From positions 678,494 through 742,493 of the forward strand of contig CAWJOA010000006.1 of assembly GCA_963844415.1 (NCBI GenBank): DNA of 64,000 nucleotides, given 5' to 3'. This stretch comes from an uncultured Chloroflexia bacterium. Its GTDB lineage: Bacteria > Chloroflexota > Limnocylindria > QHBO01. A model generated the notes under the pieces. It searched no databases, was not told where the DNA came from, and saw only the letters and a list, made by a program, of their open reading frames with translations. Below are positions 10,054-20,265 of the stretch, piece by piece (positions within the stretch are counted from its first letter, which is position 1; each line of letters opens with the position of its first letter). The translations under genes and the position numbers were made by a program.

Positions 10054-11202
10054 ATGACTCTTCCCGACAACCAGGCCCAGAACCCCGAGCTGGGGGTCCC
10101 GGTCCCCGGCGCCACCGTCCGCCAGCTGACGAAGGGCAGGGACCTCTCCAGCGTCCCGATGTGGCGGATCCGGCTGCGGCTGATGCGCCGATCGTTCGCG
10201 ACGACGTGGGGCCTCTTCCGCGAGAACCGGCTCGGGATGTTCGGGTTGGCGCTGATCGGTCTCTTCGCCGTGATGGCGATCATCCACCCGATCCTCATGG
10301 CCACGGTCTGGGATCCGGCCGTGTACGACCCGGTCGTCGGCTACGACTCGGTCACCACCGAGTTCACGGTCGTGGAGGACGGCACGGTCACCGACCCGGC
10401 GACCCAGATCGAGCAGACCGAGGCCCGCCTCGAGCTGAACCCGACCATCGACGCCGGTGACGTCGTCAACATCCCGACCCAGCCCGCGCCGCCATCCTTC
10501 TCGGGTGACCACGTGCACGTCCTGGGGACCGATGTCCGCGGGCGCGACATCCTCTCCCAGCTGCTGTTCAGCACGCGCGCCGCCTTCGCGCTCGGCGCGG
10601 TCGCCGCGCTGACGACCGTCCTCATCGCGACGACGGTCGGCGCGATCGCGGCCTACTTCGGCGGCTGGATCGACAGCGGGCTGATGCGCTTCGCCGACCT
10701 CATCCTGCTGATGCCGCTGCTCCCGGTGCTGATCCTGCTGAGCGCGATGTTCGAGATGACGATGGTGATCCTGGGGATCATGATCGGTGTCCTCTCGGGC
10801 TTCGGGGGCGTGGCCATCGTGCTCAAATCCCAGGCGCTGTCGGTCAAGGTCAAGTCGTACATCGACGCGGCGCGCGTCGCCGGCGGGAGCGACTGGCACG
10901 TGATCTTCCGGCACATCGTGCCGAACGTCCTGCCGCTGAGCTTCCTGTACATGATGTTCGGCGTGACCGAGGCGATCGCCATCGAGTCCACGCTGTCGTT
11001 CTTCGGGCTCCTCAACGTCGACATGACGTGGGGCCTGATGATCGAGAGCGCCCGGACCAGCGGGTACCTGCTCAGCGGGACCAGCTACTGGTGGCTGCTC
11101 TTCCCGGCAGGCCTCGCGGTGTCGTTCCTGTGCTTCGCCTTCTTCCTGGTCGGCCGAGGCATGGATGAGGTGATCAACCCTCGGCTCCGCGCTCGAGGAT
11201 GA
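10054..11202 (+). CDS. ABC transporter permease, DppC/OppC type with a long N-terminal periplasmic loop
   Basis: Motif VLGTDVRGRDILSQLLFSTR. ATG 10054 lies just after the previous stop (10041-10043). The track ORF starts earlier, at 10000. Confidence 0.85.
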   Translation: MTLPDNQAQNPELGVPVPGATVRQLTKGRDLSSVPMWRIRLRLMRRSFATTWGLFRENRLGMFGLALIGLFAVMAIIHPILMATVWDPAVYDPVVGYDSVTTEFTVVEDGTVTDPATQIEQTEARLELNPTIDAGDVVNIPTQPAPPSFSGDHVHVLGTDVRGRDILSQLLFSTRAAFALGAVAALTTVLIATTVGAIAAYFGGWIDSGLMRFADLILLMPLLPVLILLSAMFEMTMVILGIMIGVLSGFGGVAIVLKSQALSVKVKSYIDAARVAGGSDWHVIFRHIVPNVLPLSFLYMMFGVTEAIAIESTLSFFGLLNVDMTWGLMIESARTSGYLLSGTSYWWLLFPAGLAVSFLCFAFFLVGRGMDEVINPRLRARG

Positions 11203-12260
11203 GCATCGCGGAGACCGCGGCAGCGGAGTCCCTCGAGGACCTGGAAGCCCGTCAGATCGATCCCACCAAGCCGCTGCTCGAGGTGGATCGACTGATCATG
11301 CATTACCGCATCAAGGCCGGCGAGGTCTCGGCCGTCGAGGACGTGTCGTTCACGGTCCACGAGGGCGAGTCGGTCGGCCTGGTCGGCGAGTCGGGCTGTG
11401 GCAAGACCTCGATCGCCCTGTCGCTGCTGCGCCTGCTGCCCTCGAACGCCGAGTTCATCTCCGGCGAGATTCGCCTCGACGGCGAGGACCTCCTGTGGCT
11501 GAGCCCCGAGGAGATGCGCAAGCGGCGGTGGAAGGACATCGCGATGGTGTTCCAGGGTGCGATGAACTCCTGGAACCCGGTCTACCGGGTCGGCGACCAG
11601 ATCCGGGAGACCCTCGACACGCATTACCGCGGCGTCATGGACTACGACGAGCAGCGGGCGCACATGGAGAAGCTGTTCACCGCCGTCGGCCTGCCGCCGA
11701 CGATGCTGGATCGGTATCCGCACGAGTTCTCCGGTGGCATGCGCCAGCGTGCGGTCATCGCCATGGCGCTCGCCTGCAGCCCGAAGCTGATCATCGCCGA
11801 CGAGCCGACCACGGCGCTGGACGTCATCGTCCAGGACCAGATCCTCAAGGAGCTCAAGCGCATCCAGGCCGAGATGGGGATGTCGATCATCTACATCAGC
11901 CACGACATCGCGGTCATCGCCGAGGTGACCGACTCGCTCGGCGTCATGTACGCGGGCAAGCTCGTCGAATACGGCAAGACGGCCGAGATCTTCGCCCGTC
12001 CGCGCCATCCATACGCCTACCTGCTGCTTCGCTCGACGCCGTCGATCACGGGGCCGCGCCGCAAGCTCGCCCCGCTCGAGGGTGAGCCGCCCGACCTGTT
12101 CCGACCGCCAACGGGCTGTCGCTTCCACCCGCGCTGCCCGTTCGCCACCGAGGTCTGCGCGAGCGAGGAGCCGCCGCTTGCGGACATCGGCGGTGGGCAC
12201 CGCGTCGCCTGCTGGCACCACGACCAGGTCCCGGAGCTCGAGGAACACCTCCAGCGATGA
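11199..12260 (+). CDS. oligopeptide/dipeptide ABC transporter ATP-binding protein (DppD/OppD type)
   Basis: Walker [10 protein letters not shown], signature [15 protein letters not shown], Walker [13 protein letters not shown], and the C-terminal oligopeptide-type GCRFHPRCP. Confidence 0.95.
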   Translation: MSIAETAAAESLEDLEARQIDPTKPLLEVDRLIMHYRIKAGEVSAVEDVSFTVHEGESVGLVGESGCGKTSIALSLLRLLPSNAEFISGEIRLDGEDLLWLSPEEMRKRRWKDIAMVFQGAMNSWNPVYRVGDQIRETLDTHYRGVMDYDEQRAHMEKLFTAVGLPPTMLDRYPHEFSGGMRQRAVIAMALACSPKLIIADEPTTALDVIVQDQILKELKRIQAEMGMSIIYISHDIAVIAEVTDSLGVMYAGKLVEYGKTAEIFARPRHPYAYLLLRSTPSITGPRRKLAPLEGEPPDLFRPPTGCRFHPRCPFATEVCASEEPPLADIGGGHRVACWHHDQVPELEEHLQR

Positions 12261-13345
12261 CGACCTCGAGCCCGATTCCCGAGGTCCGCCCGGAGCCGAA
12301 GGGGAAGGTCCCGCTGCTCGAGATCACCGACCTCGAGATGCGCTTCCCGATCTCGCGCGGCCTCTTCCGCGCACCGACCGACTTCGTCCACGCCGTCGAC
12401 GGCATCAGCTTCGAGATCGCCCCGGGCGAGAGCCTCGGCCTCGTCGGCGAGTCCGGCTGCGGCAAGTCGACCACCGGCCGCATGCTCGTGAAGCTCCAGG
12501 AGCCGACCGGCGGCAGCGTGATGTTCCGCGACGCCGACTACGAGCGCGACATTGCCACGATCAAGGGGCGGGAGATCAAGGAGTTCCGCCGTCGGGCGCA
12601 GATGATCTTCCAGGACCCGTATGAGTCGATGAACCCGCGCCGCACGATCTTCGACACGGTCAGCGAGCCGATGGCCGTGCAGAAGGTGGGCTCGATGCCC
12701 GAGCGCGAGGGTCGCGTCCTGGCGCTCCTCCGCCTCGTCGGGCTCGTGCCGCCGGAGAACTTCCTCTTCCGCTATCCGCACGAGCTGTCCGGCGGCCAGC
12801 GGCAGCGGATCGCGATCGCCCGCGCGCTGGTCATGAACCCGAGCTTCGTCGTCGCCGACGAGCCGACCTCGATGCTGGACGTCAGCATCCGCATCTCGAT
12901 CATGGAGCTGATGGCCGGGCTGGCCCGCGAGTTCCGGGTCTCGTACCTCTACATCACCCACGACCTCGCCGTGGCGCGCTACATGTGCGACCGGATCGCG
13001 GTCATGTACCTCGGCAAGATCGTCGAGATGGGTCCGACCGAGGAGATCCTCGCGCGACCCAAGCATCCCTACACGAAGGCGCTGCTCTCGGCGGTGCCGG
13101 TGCCGGACCCGTCGATCAAGCGCACCCCCGTCCAGATCAAGGGCGGCATCAGCAAGGCGATCAACCCATCGCCGGAGTGCCGGTTCATCCAGCGCTGCCC
13201 ATTCGCGGCCGAAGTGTGCCGCACGAATCCGCACCCTCCGCTCGAGGAGAAGGGCCCGGGGCATCGCGTCGCGTGCTATCGAGCCGACGAGATCGAGGAG
13301 CTGGCGGAGATCGCCGCCGCCGAGGCGGAGGCCGCCACGGCCTAG
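12257..13345 (+). CDS. oligopeptide/dipeptide ABC transporter ATP-binding protein (DppF/OppF type)
   Basis: Walker A GESGCGKST, signature LSGGQRQRIAIARAL, Walker B VVADEPTSMLD, C-terminal CRFIQRCP. ATGA overlap with the previous gene. Confidence 0.95.
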   Translation: MTTSSPIPEVRPEPKGKVPLLEITDLEMRFPISRGLFRAPTDFVHAVDGISFEIAPGESLGLVGESGCGKSTTGRMLVKLQEPTGGSVMFRDADYERDIATIKGREIKEFRRRAQMIFQDPYESMNPRRTIFDTVSEPMAVQKVGSMPEREGRVLALLRLVGLVPPENFLFRYPHELSGGQRQRIAIARALVMNPSFVVADEPTSMLDVSIRISIMELMAGLAREFRVSYLYITHDLAVARYMCDRIAVMYLGKIVEMGPTEEILARPKHPYTKALLSAVPVPDPSIKRTPVQIKGGISKAINPSPECRFIQRCPFAAEVCRTNPHPPLEEKGPGHRVACYRADEIEELAEIAAAEAEAATA

Positions 13346-13348
13346 GCC

Positions 13349-14605
13349 TCAGGCGTTCGGGTCGCGGACCGGATCGGTCTGGATGTCCACCTGCTCGCTG
13401 CCGTCCGCGCCACGCGAACGGGTCACGCGAATGTGCGGGTGCGTCTCGTCGCCGACCTGCTCCTTGGCCACGCTCACCATCACGTGCTCGTCGACGTCGC
13501 TGAGGCGCTCCTGGTCGGGGAGTGCCGCGTTGGGCACGGTGCCGAAGAGCGCGTAGCTGACGAAGACCCAGCCGACGGCGATCACCGGGATCCCGAACAG
13601 CGCGCCCCACACGCCGGCGACCTGCGCGCCGATGAGCAGCCCGACGAGCACGAGGATCGGGTGCAGCCCGAGGGCGTCACGCATGAGGCGCGGCTGGAGC
13701 CAGTTGACGATGACCGTCTGCGCCACCAGCAGGATGATCGCGACCGGCAGCGCGGAGCCGGTGAAGAGCGCCGCGCCGATGATCGGCGGGAGGAGGGCGA
13801 GCGGCGGGCCGAAGAACGGGATGAGCATCGCCAGCGCGCTGATCGTGGCCCACAGGAACAGGTACGGGATGCCGAAGACCGTCCCGACCACGGCGACGAG
13901 CAGCCCCATGACCACCGCGAGGATCAGCTGCGCGCGGAGGAATCCGCCGAAGGCGCGAACGGTGCTGCGCTCGAAGAGGTTGGCCTCGTCCCGGAAGCGC
14001 CGCGGCACGGTCGAGCGAAGCCGCGGAAGGATGCGCCGCGAGTCCATGAGCATGTACAGCGAGAGGAAGATGATCAGCAGCAGCGAGCCGAGCGCGGCGA
14101 TCGTGATGCCGGCGATCGCCTCCGCCTGGTCGACGATCTGGCGGCCGAGCAGCGCGACCTGCGCCTCGACGCCGGTGTACAGGTCGGTCAGGTCGACGCG
14201 CAGCCGTCCAAGCTCCCAGGTGGGCAGGGCATTGACGATGTCGTTGCGGGCCGGTCCGTATGCCCCCGCCAGCTCCGCGACCTGCTGGGTGATGGCCGCG
14301 CCGGTGTAGAAGAGCGCGAAGCCGAGCACGACGAGCACGAGCAGGTACGTCGCCACGACCACCGGCCCGCGTGGAGCATCGAGGCGATCCTCGAGCCACG
14401 CGACGAGCGGCGACATCACGAACGCCAGCAGCCACGCCAGGAAGAGGATGAGCAGGATCGAGGCAAACCCGCTGAGCACCCCGATCATCCGGTCCGCCAG
14501 CAGCAGCCCGAAGTAGAGGCTCCCGAGCGCGAGGAAGACGAGCAGCCAGCGGCGCTCGCGCGGACCGATGCCGCCCGTCCCGACCTCGACCTTCTGCTCG
14601 GTCAT
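13349..14605 (-). CDS. AI-2E family transporter (PerM/UPF0118-like membrane protein)
   Basis: ATG at 14605 (MTEQKVEV...) overlaps the trpS stop (ATGA). 418-aa polytopic protein with typical AI-2E architecture. It forms the C-terminal part of the 759-aa track ORF. Confidence 0.8.
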   Translation of the reverse strand: MTEQKVEVGTGGIGPRERRWLLVFLALGSLYFGLLLADRMIGVLSGFASILLILFLAWLLAFVMSPLVAWLEDRLDAPRGPVVVATYLLVLVVLGFALFYTGAAITQQVAELAGAYGPARNDIVNALPTWELGRLRVDLTDLYTGVEAQVALLGRQIVDQAEAIAGITIAALGSLLLIIFLSLYMLMDSRRILPRLRSTVPRRFRDEANLFERSTVRAFGGFLRAQLILAVVMGLLVAVVGTVFGIPYLFLWATISALAMLIPFFGPPLALLPPIIGAALFTGSALPVAIILLVAQTVIVNWLQPRLMRDALGLHPILVLVGLLIGAQVAGVWGALFGIPVIAVGWVFVSYALFGTVPNAALPDQERLSDVDEHVMVSVAKEQVGDETHPHIRVTRSRGADGSEQVDIQTDPVRDPNA

Positions 14606-15628
14606 CGGAGGTCGCGCGGCCCGATGCCGACCGCCGCGCGCACCTCGGCCATCGTGGCGTCCAGGATCGGCCGCACGCTGGCAGCGCCCGCGGCCAGGGT
14701 CTCCTCGACCACCGCGGGGTCGGCCGCGAGCTGGAGCCGGCGCTCTCGCATCGGCCGGAAGTGCTCGATGATTCGTTCGGCCAGCAGCTGCTTCGTCTCG
14801 ACGCAGCCGGTGCGTGCGGTGCGCTCGCCGTCCTGGATCTGGAGGTAGTCGCGCGCCGAAGAACCGATGCAGCTGGCACACGTTGCAGACCTCCGGTCGG
14901 CCAGGATCGGTCCGCTTGATGCGCAGCGGGTCGGTGACCATGCTCATCACGAGGCGCCGGATCTCGTCGGGCTCGGCGAAGATCGGGATCGTGTTGCCGG
15001 CGCTCTTGCCCATCTTCCGCACGCCATCGGTGCCGAGGACGACCGGGGCGTCGGTGTAGACCGCCTGCGGCTCGGGGAAGATGTCGCCGTAGCGTCGGTT
15101 GAAGGCACGAACCACCTCGCGGCTCAGCTCGAGGTGGGCCGCCTGGTCCTTGCCGACTGGCACGCGACTGGCCTTGTAGATGACGATGTCGGCGGCCTGG
15201 AGGATCGGGTAGTCGAGCAGGCCGAGGCTGTTCTCCTTGCCCTCTTCGCGGCCCTCCTTGTACGTCGGGTTCCGCTCGGCCCAGGCGACGGGCACGCAGG
15301 TGTTGAAGATCCACGCCAGCTCGGTGTGCTCGGGGAAGTCCGACTGCCGGATGAGCGCGCATCGGTTCGGGTCGAGGCCGACCGCGAGCAGGTCGAGCAC
15401 CATCTCGTGCGTCAGGTCGCGAAGCTGCTGCGGATCGTGGACCGTCGTGAGCGCGTGCAGGTCGACGATGCCGTAGATCGTCTCGTACTCGTCCTGCATG
15501 GCGACGTAGTTCACCTGGGCGCCGAGGTAGTTGCCGAGGTGCGACGCGCCCGATGGCTGGATCCCGCTGAAGACGCGCTCGCGGAGCGGTGGTTCAGGGG
15601 CGCGCGGAGCGTCGAGCGTCTGGCTCAT
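14602..15628 (-). pseudogene. trpS: tryptophan--tRNA ligase, interrupted by a single-base frameshift near 14850-14857
   Basis: Class I motifs SGIQPSGASHLGNY and KMGKSAGN. After ...CNVCQLHRFFGA the TrpS C-terminus continues in another frame (DYLQIQDGERTARTGCVETKQLLAERIIEHFRPMRERR...GIGPRDLR, stop 14602-14604). The span is 1027 nt (3n+1). Confidence 0.85.
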
Positions 15629-15647
15629 GGGACCCCGGAGTGTACCG

Positions 15648-16484
15648 CTAGGTCACGTCGCGCGCCCGAACCACGATGGCGGACACGACGAGGCCGACGA
15701 CAAGGTAGGCGGCCACGACGAGCGTGGCGACGGCCGGCTCGATGTCGAGCGCCGGCCCGCCGAACTGCGGCGGCAGCTCCGGGCCGAACGAGCCTGCCAG
15801 CGCGGCGGCATTGAGGCCGATGAGCCCGCGTGCGATCGCCTCCACCACCGGCGACGCGCCGGACAGCGCGGCGACGAGGGTCTCGATCACGAACGCGTAG
15901 GCCAGTCCGAGACCGATGGCGAGGCCCGTGGCGCGGAGGAGGAACCCGAGCGCGAGCCCGATCGATCCCCAGGCGCCGACGATGAGCCAGCCGACGCCGA
16001 GGCCTGCTGCCACCTCGTCGATCGGCGGGAGCGCCATCTCGGTGCCCTCGAGCGCGGCGACGAGAACGCTTCCGGCGAGCGCCGCCACGAACGTGGCGAC
16101 GGTCATCACCGCCAGCACGATCGCGAGGGCTCCCGCCTTCGCCGCGACCATCGCCATGCGTGATCGGCCCTGGACGAGGAGCGTGCCGACGGTTCGCCAG
16201 CCGTACTCGCGTGCCGACATCAATGCGCCCAGCACGAGCGCCAGCGCACCGCCCAGACCGGCGAGCATCGCGAGGGCGTTGCCGACCAGCCCCTCAACGC
16301 CGAGCGTGGCGAGGAGCGCCGCGCTCGCCGCCTCGTCGAGGCCGCCCTGGTCGGCCGGTGCCTGGAGGACGAGCCAGATCACGAGGTAGCCGAGCAGGAG
16401 CTCGACGAGCACCACGATGGCGATGAGGATCGTGGTCGCCCACGAGCGCCAGGCCTTGAGCAGCTCGGCGTTCAGCGGCCCCAT
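15648..16484 (-). CDS. ABC-2 type transporter permease
   Basis: 278-aa six-TM-like hydrophobic ORF, translationally coupled (TGATG) to the upstream ABC ATPase. Confidence 0.75.
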   Translation of the reverse strand: MGPLNAELLKAWRSWATTILIAIVVLVELLLGYLVIWLVLQAPADQGGLDEAASAALLATLGVEGLVGNALAMLAGLGGALALVLGALMSAREYGWRTVGTLLVQGRSRMAMVAAKAGALAIVLAVMTVATFVAALAGSVLVAALEGTEMALPPIDEVAAGLGVGWLIVGAWGSIGLALGFLLRATGLAIGLGLAYAFVIETLVAALSGASPVVEAIARGLIGLNAAALAGSFGPELPPQFGGPALDIEPAVATLVVAAYLVVGLVVSAIVVRARDVT

Positions 16485-17416
16485 CAGCCGAGCTCCCTCC
16501 CGTCGGCCGGCTCGCCGGTGAGCTGCATGAACGCCTCTTCCAGCGAGCGCGACGTCTCGCGCAGCTCGACGAGGTCGACCCCGCCCTGGACCAGCGCCCG
16601 GGCGATCGCGGGGGCGTTGGCGGGATCGGTCGTCACGTCGAGCCCGTGGTCGGTCACCGTCACGGCCTCCACCCCGTCCACAGTGCGAAGGACCTCGGAG
16701 GCGCGATCGACCGGCGAGGCAACGACCCGCAGCCGTCCACCGGCGCCGCGCAGCTCGCCCATCGTCTCTTCGAGGAGGAGCCGGCCATGGTGGATGATGC
16801 CGATGCGGTCGCAGACCTGCTCCACCTCGGCAAGGAGGTGGCTCGACAGGAGCACCGTGCGTCCGGAGTCGGCGAGGTCGCGGATGATCCGGCGCATGGC
16901 GGCGATGCCGTACGGGTCGAGGCCGTTCGTCGGCTCGTCGAGGAGATAGAGGGCCGGGTCCTTCATGAACGCTGCCGCCAGCCCCAGGCGCTGCCGCATG
17001 CCGAGCGAGTAGCCCGACACCTTGTCACGCGCGCGATCGGCGAGGCCGACCCGCTCGAGGGCAGGATCGATCAGCGCCGGATCGGTGCCCGCATACCGCG
17101 CCAGGACGACGAGGTTGTTGCGGCCGGACAGGTACGGGTAGAACGCCGGCGCCTCGACGACAGCCCCGACGCGGCGCAGCGCATCGGGGGAGCCGGCCGG
17201 TGCGCCGAGGACCGAGGAGCTTCCCTCGGTCGGGCGGATCAGGCCGAGCACCAGCCGCAGGAACGTCGTCTTCCCGGCCCCGTTCGGGCCGATGAGCCCG
17301 TACACCTCGCCCGGTCGCAGCTGGAGGTTCACGTGGTCGAGCGCCAGGACGTGCGGACCGTAGCGTCGCGTGAGATCCCTGGTCTCGACGACCGCATCGG
17401 TGCCCATCGGTCGCAT
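16484..17416 (-). CDS. ABC transporter ATP-binding protein (ABC-2 exporter type)
   Basis: Walker A GPNGAGKTT, signature YSLGMRQRLGLAAAF, Walker B LLDEPTNGLD. Start placed at ATG 17416 (MRPMGTDAVVETRDL); ATG 17407 is also possible. The track ORF is extended to 17503. Confidence 0.9.
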   Translation of the reverse strand: MRPMGTDAVVETRDLTRRYGPHVLALDHVNLQLRPGEVYGLIGPNGAGKTTFLRLVLGLIRPTEGSSSVLGAPAGSPDALRRVGAVVEAPAFYPYLSGRNNLVVLARYAGTDPALIDPALERVGLADRARDKVSGYSLGMRQRLGLAAAFMKDPALYLLDEPTNGLDPYGIAAMRRIIRDLADSGRTVLLSSHLLAEVEQVCDRIGIIHHGRLLLEETMGELRGAGGRLRVVASPVDRASEVLRTVDGVEAVTVTDHGLDVTTDPANAPAIARALVQGGVDLVELRETSRSLEEAFMQLTGEPADGRELG

Positions 17417-17437
17417 TGTGCCATCCGGAGCCGGCGG

Positions 17438-17443
17438 TAGAAT
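17438..17443 (+). promoter_or_regulatory. -10-like hexamer TAGAAT 8 nt upstream of TTG 17452 (possible leaderless birA promoter)
   Basis: gccggcggTAGAATcgccggcgTTG, with GCCGGC hexamers on both sides as at polX. Confidence 0.4.
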
Positions 17444-17451
17444 CGCCGGCG

Positions 17452-18261
17452 TTGACGACCCTCGCCGACTTCGCGGAGCGCTGGGCCGATGCGGCGACCC
17501 CACACCGGCGGATCGGCCGCGCCCTCGAGGTCGTCCCCGTCATCGGCTCCACCAACGACCGTGCCCGTGAGCTCCTCGTCGAGGCCGACGGGGACGGCGC
17601 GGTCGTCGTCGCCGACGAACAGACCGCCGGCCGTGGCCGGCGCGGGCGGACCTGGCAGTCGCCGCCGGGGCGCAACCTGTACCTGAGCGTGGCGATTCGC
17701 CCCGCGCTGCCCGCCGCCGATGCCTGGCAGCTCGGGCTCGCGACCGCCCTGGCGGTGGCCGGCGCATGCGAGTCCGTGGCACCCGTCGCCCTCAAGTGGC
17801 CGAACGACGTCGTCGCGGCCGGCGACGGGCGCAAGGTCGGTGGGCTGCTGATCGAGACGATCGTCGAGGCCGATCGGCTGCGAGGTGCGGTGCTCGGGAT
17901 CGGGATCAACGTGAACTGGCGGCGTTCCGAGATGCCGGCCGAGCTCCGGGCGCGAGCGACCTCGCTGGCCGACCTGCGTGACGCATCGGTGGATCGCGAG
18001 GAGCTCCTCGGCCACCTCCTCGACGCGCTCGGCACCGAGGTCAGCGCCGTCGAGGCCGGGACATCGCCGCTCGAGCGCTACCGCGCCCGCTGCTCGACGC
18101 TCGGCGCGACGGTCGAGGTGCAGACGGCCGACGGCCCGGTCACGGGGCGCGCGCTCGACCTCGACCCGACGGGGGCGCTCGTCGTGGAGGACGCCGGGGG
18201 GCGTCGTCATGTCGTCTCGGGCGGCGAGGCGACGCAGGTTCGCGGGGCGGTGCCCGCGTGA
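17452..18261 (+). CDS. birA: biotin--[acetyl-CoA-carboxylase] ligase (group I, no HTH domain)
   Basis: Motifs VIGSTNDRAREL and ADEQTAGRGRRGRTWQSPPGRNLYLSV. The ORF is open from TTG 17416. TTG 17452 is preferred because TAGAAT sits 8 nt upstream. Confidence 0.85.
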   Translation: MTTLADFAERWADAATPHRRIGRALEVVPVIGSTNDRARELLVEADGDGAVVVADEQTAGRGRRGRTWQSPPGRNLYLSVAIRPALPAADAWQLGLATALAVAGACESVAPVALKWPNDVVAAGDGRKVGGLLIETIVEADRLRGAVLGIGINVNWRRSEMPAELRARATSLADLRDASVDREELLGHLLDALGTEVSAVEAGTSPLERYRARCSTLGATVEVQTADGPVTGRALDLDPTGALVVEDAGGRRHVVSGGEATQVRGAVPA

Positions 18262-18848
18262 CCGTCGATCCGCGGCGCGCGCCGCGACGCGGCGAGCCGG
18301 ATCCGGATCTCGCCGACGTCCGTGCCGCGCAGCTCGATCGTTCCGCATTCGGCGCCCTCTACCGCCGATACGTCGACCGCGTCTACGGATACTGCTTCTA
18401 TCTGCTCGGCGACCACCACGATGCCGAGGACGTCACCGAGCGCACGTTCGTCGCCGCGCTGGCGGCCATCGACGGCTACCGCGACGTGGGCGCCACGTTC
18501 CGCGCCTGGCTGTTCCGGATCGCCCACAACCAGCTGGCCAACGCGCTCCGGTCGCGGCAACGCCAGCGCGCGGCCTCGCTCGAGACCGTGCCCGAACCGG
18601 CCACGCGGACGGATCCCGCCGGCCAGTTCGGTCGTGCCGAAGACGCCCGCGGGCTGCGGCGGGCACTCGAGCAGCTGCCGGACGACCGTCGCCAGGTCGT
18701 CGTGCTTCGCTTCGTCGACGGCCTCTCGGCGCGCGAGATCGGTGCCGTGCTCGGCCGCAGCGAGGGCGCCGTGCGGGTGCTCCAGCACCGCGCCCTGCGT
18801 CAGCTCGCCGAGCTGCTCGCGCATGGAGGCTCGGGCCCGACGGTGTAA
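18258..18848 (+). CDS. ECF-type RNA polymerase sigma-70 family factor
   Basis: Region 2 (YRRYVDRVYGYCFYLLGDHHDAEDVTERTF...FRAWLFRIAHN) and region 4 (VVVLRFVDGLSAREIGAVLGRSEGAVRVLQHRALRQL). GTGA overlap with birA. Confidence 0.9.
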   Translation: MTVDPRRAPRRGEPDPDLADVRAAQLDRSAFGALYRRYVDRVYGYCFYLLGDHHDAEDVTERTFVAALAAIDGYRDVGATFRAWLFRIAHNQLANALRSRQRQRAASLETVPEPATRTDPAGQFGRAEDARGLRRALEQLPDDRRQVVVLRFVDGLSAREIGAVLGRSEGAVRVLQHRALRQLAELLAHGGSGPTV

Positions 18849-18878
18849 CGTTTCACGCTTCCCGGTGTTAGCAGAGGC

Positions 18879-19229
18879 GTGATGACCATTCGTCCGACAA
18901 CCGCCGAGCGGCTGGACCGCGCGGTCGATGCGGTGCTGGCCGGCGCACCAGCGCCGGTCGCGGCGGCGTCCGCGGGCGTCGAACCGGCCGACCGTGCGCT
19001 CGTCGAGGCCGCCGCCACGCTGCGCGCCACCCTCGCGACGTCGATCGTCGCGCCCCGCTTCGAGGCGCGGCTCGGCGCCCGGCTCGCGGGCGTCGACGCG
19101 ACGCCCTGGGTCCTGCGCCATCCCGGCCGCCTGATCGTGACCGGCGCCGTCGGCTCGGCCGTCGGCGTCGGGGTCACCGCCTACGCCGTGTGGCGCAGCC
19201 GCTCCACCCATCGGCTCCTGCATCGGTAG
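18879..19229 (+). CDS. putative anti-sigma factor (single-pass membrane protein)
   Basis: 116-aa ORF directly after the ECF sigma gene, with one C-terminal TM segment (LIVTGAVGSAVGVGVTAYAVW). The call rests on position and topology only. Confidence 0.5.
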   Translation: MMTIRPTTAERLDRAVDAVLAGAPAPVAAASAGVEPADRALVEAAATLRATLATSIVAPRFEARLGARLAGVDATPWVLRHPGRLIVTGAVGSAVGVGVTAYAVWRSRSTHRLLHR

Positions 19230-19245
19230 ACGGAGGCCCGCTGCA

Positions 19246-20265
19246 TTGCCGATCAAGTTCCCGTTCAGCCGCCGCGCGGCACCGTCCGATGCGTGGACCA
19301 AGTGCCCGACCTGCGACGCCCAGGTCTTCAACAAGCAGCTCGAGCGCACCCTGCGACTGTGCCCGTCGTGCGGCCACCACTTCCGGATGTCCATCGGCGA
19401 GCGGATCGACATGCTGCTCGACGCGAACACGTTCGAGGAGCGCGACGCCGGGATCGAGTCGGTCGACCGCCTCGGCTTCCACGACGCCCGCCCGTATCCC
19501 GACCGGCTCGAGGCGGCGCGGGTGAAGACCGGGCTGCGCGACGCGGTGGTCTGGGGCGTCGGCGAGATCGAGGGGATCCGGGTCGCGATCGCCATCTTCG
19601 ACTTCCGGTTCATGGGCGGCAGCATGGGCAGCGTCGTCGGCGAGAAGCTGGCGCGCTGCTTCGAGACGGCGCTCGACGAGCGGATCCCGGCCATCGTCGT
19701 CAGCGCCTCGGGCGGCGCGCGGATGCAGGAGGGAACGCTGTCGCTCATGCAGCTGTCGAAGACGACCGCGCCCCTCGTCCGCCTGGACGAATCGGGCGTC
19801 CCGTTCATCGCCGTCCTGACCGATCCGACCACCGGCGGCGTGCTGGCCAGCTTCGCCAGCCTCGGGGACGTCATCCTCGCCGAGCCGAAGGCGCTCATCG
19901 GGTTCGCCGGCGCGCGCGTCGCCTCCGACACCGTCGGCGAGCAGCTGCCGGAGGGCTTCCAGACCGCGGAGTTCCTGCTCGCGCACGGCTTCGTCGACGC
20001 GATCGTGCCCCGCTCGGAGCTGCGCGTGGCGCTCGGCCGGCTCCTCCGCCTCCTGCCCGTCCCGGTGGCCGCGGACGCGGCGGCGGACGACGCGGACCGG
20101 TCGTGGGGCCCGATCGGCGCCCTCTCCGGGCTCGCCGAGCGCCTGGGCGGCGCGGTGAGCGAGACGATCGGCATCGACGTCGAGCCGCAATCCGGCGGCA
20201 ACGGCCGCCGCCCGGCCGACGCGACCCCGGAGCCGGCGGTCGCCGACGAGGAGACACGGCCGTGA
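19246..20265 (+). CDS. accD: acetyl-CoA carboxylase carboxyltransferase beta subunit
   Basis: N-terminal Zn ribbon CPTCDAQVFNKQLERTLRLCPSCGHH, then FDFRFMGGSMGSVVGEK and VSASGGARMQEG. TTG start with GGAGG 9 nt upstream. Confidence 0.95.
   Translation: MPIKFPFSRRAAPSDAWTKCPTCDAQVFNKQLERTLRLCPSCGHHFRMSIGERIDMLLDANTFEERDAGIESVDRLGFHDARPYPDRLEAARVKTGLRDAVVWGVGEIEGIRVAIAIFDFRFMGGSMGSVVGEKLARCFETALDERIPAIVVSASGGARMQEGTLSLMQLSKTTAPLVRLDESGVPFIAVLTDPTTGGVLASFASLGDVILAEPKALIGFAGARVASDTVGEQLPEGFQTAEFLLAHGFVDAIVPRSELRVALGRLLRLLPVPVAADAAADDADRSWGPIGALSGLAERLGGAVSETIGIDVEPQSGGNGRRPADATPEPAVADEETRP

Noticed and set aside
13349-15628. 759-aa ORF that looks like a TrpS/AI-2E transporter fusion protein
   Set aside because: The roughly 85-aa linker is Arg/Gly/Pro-rich out-of-frame sequence. 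The genuine TrpS C-terminus is intact in the adjacent frame and ends in an ATGA overlap with the transporter start. The fusion is an artefact of a 1-nt indel.
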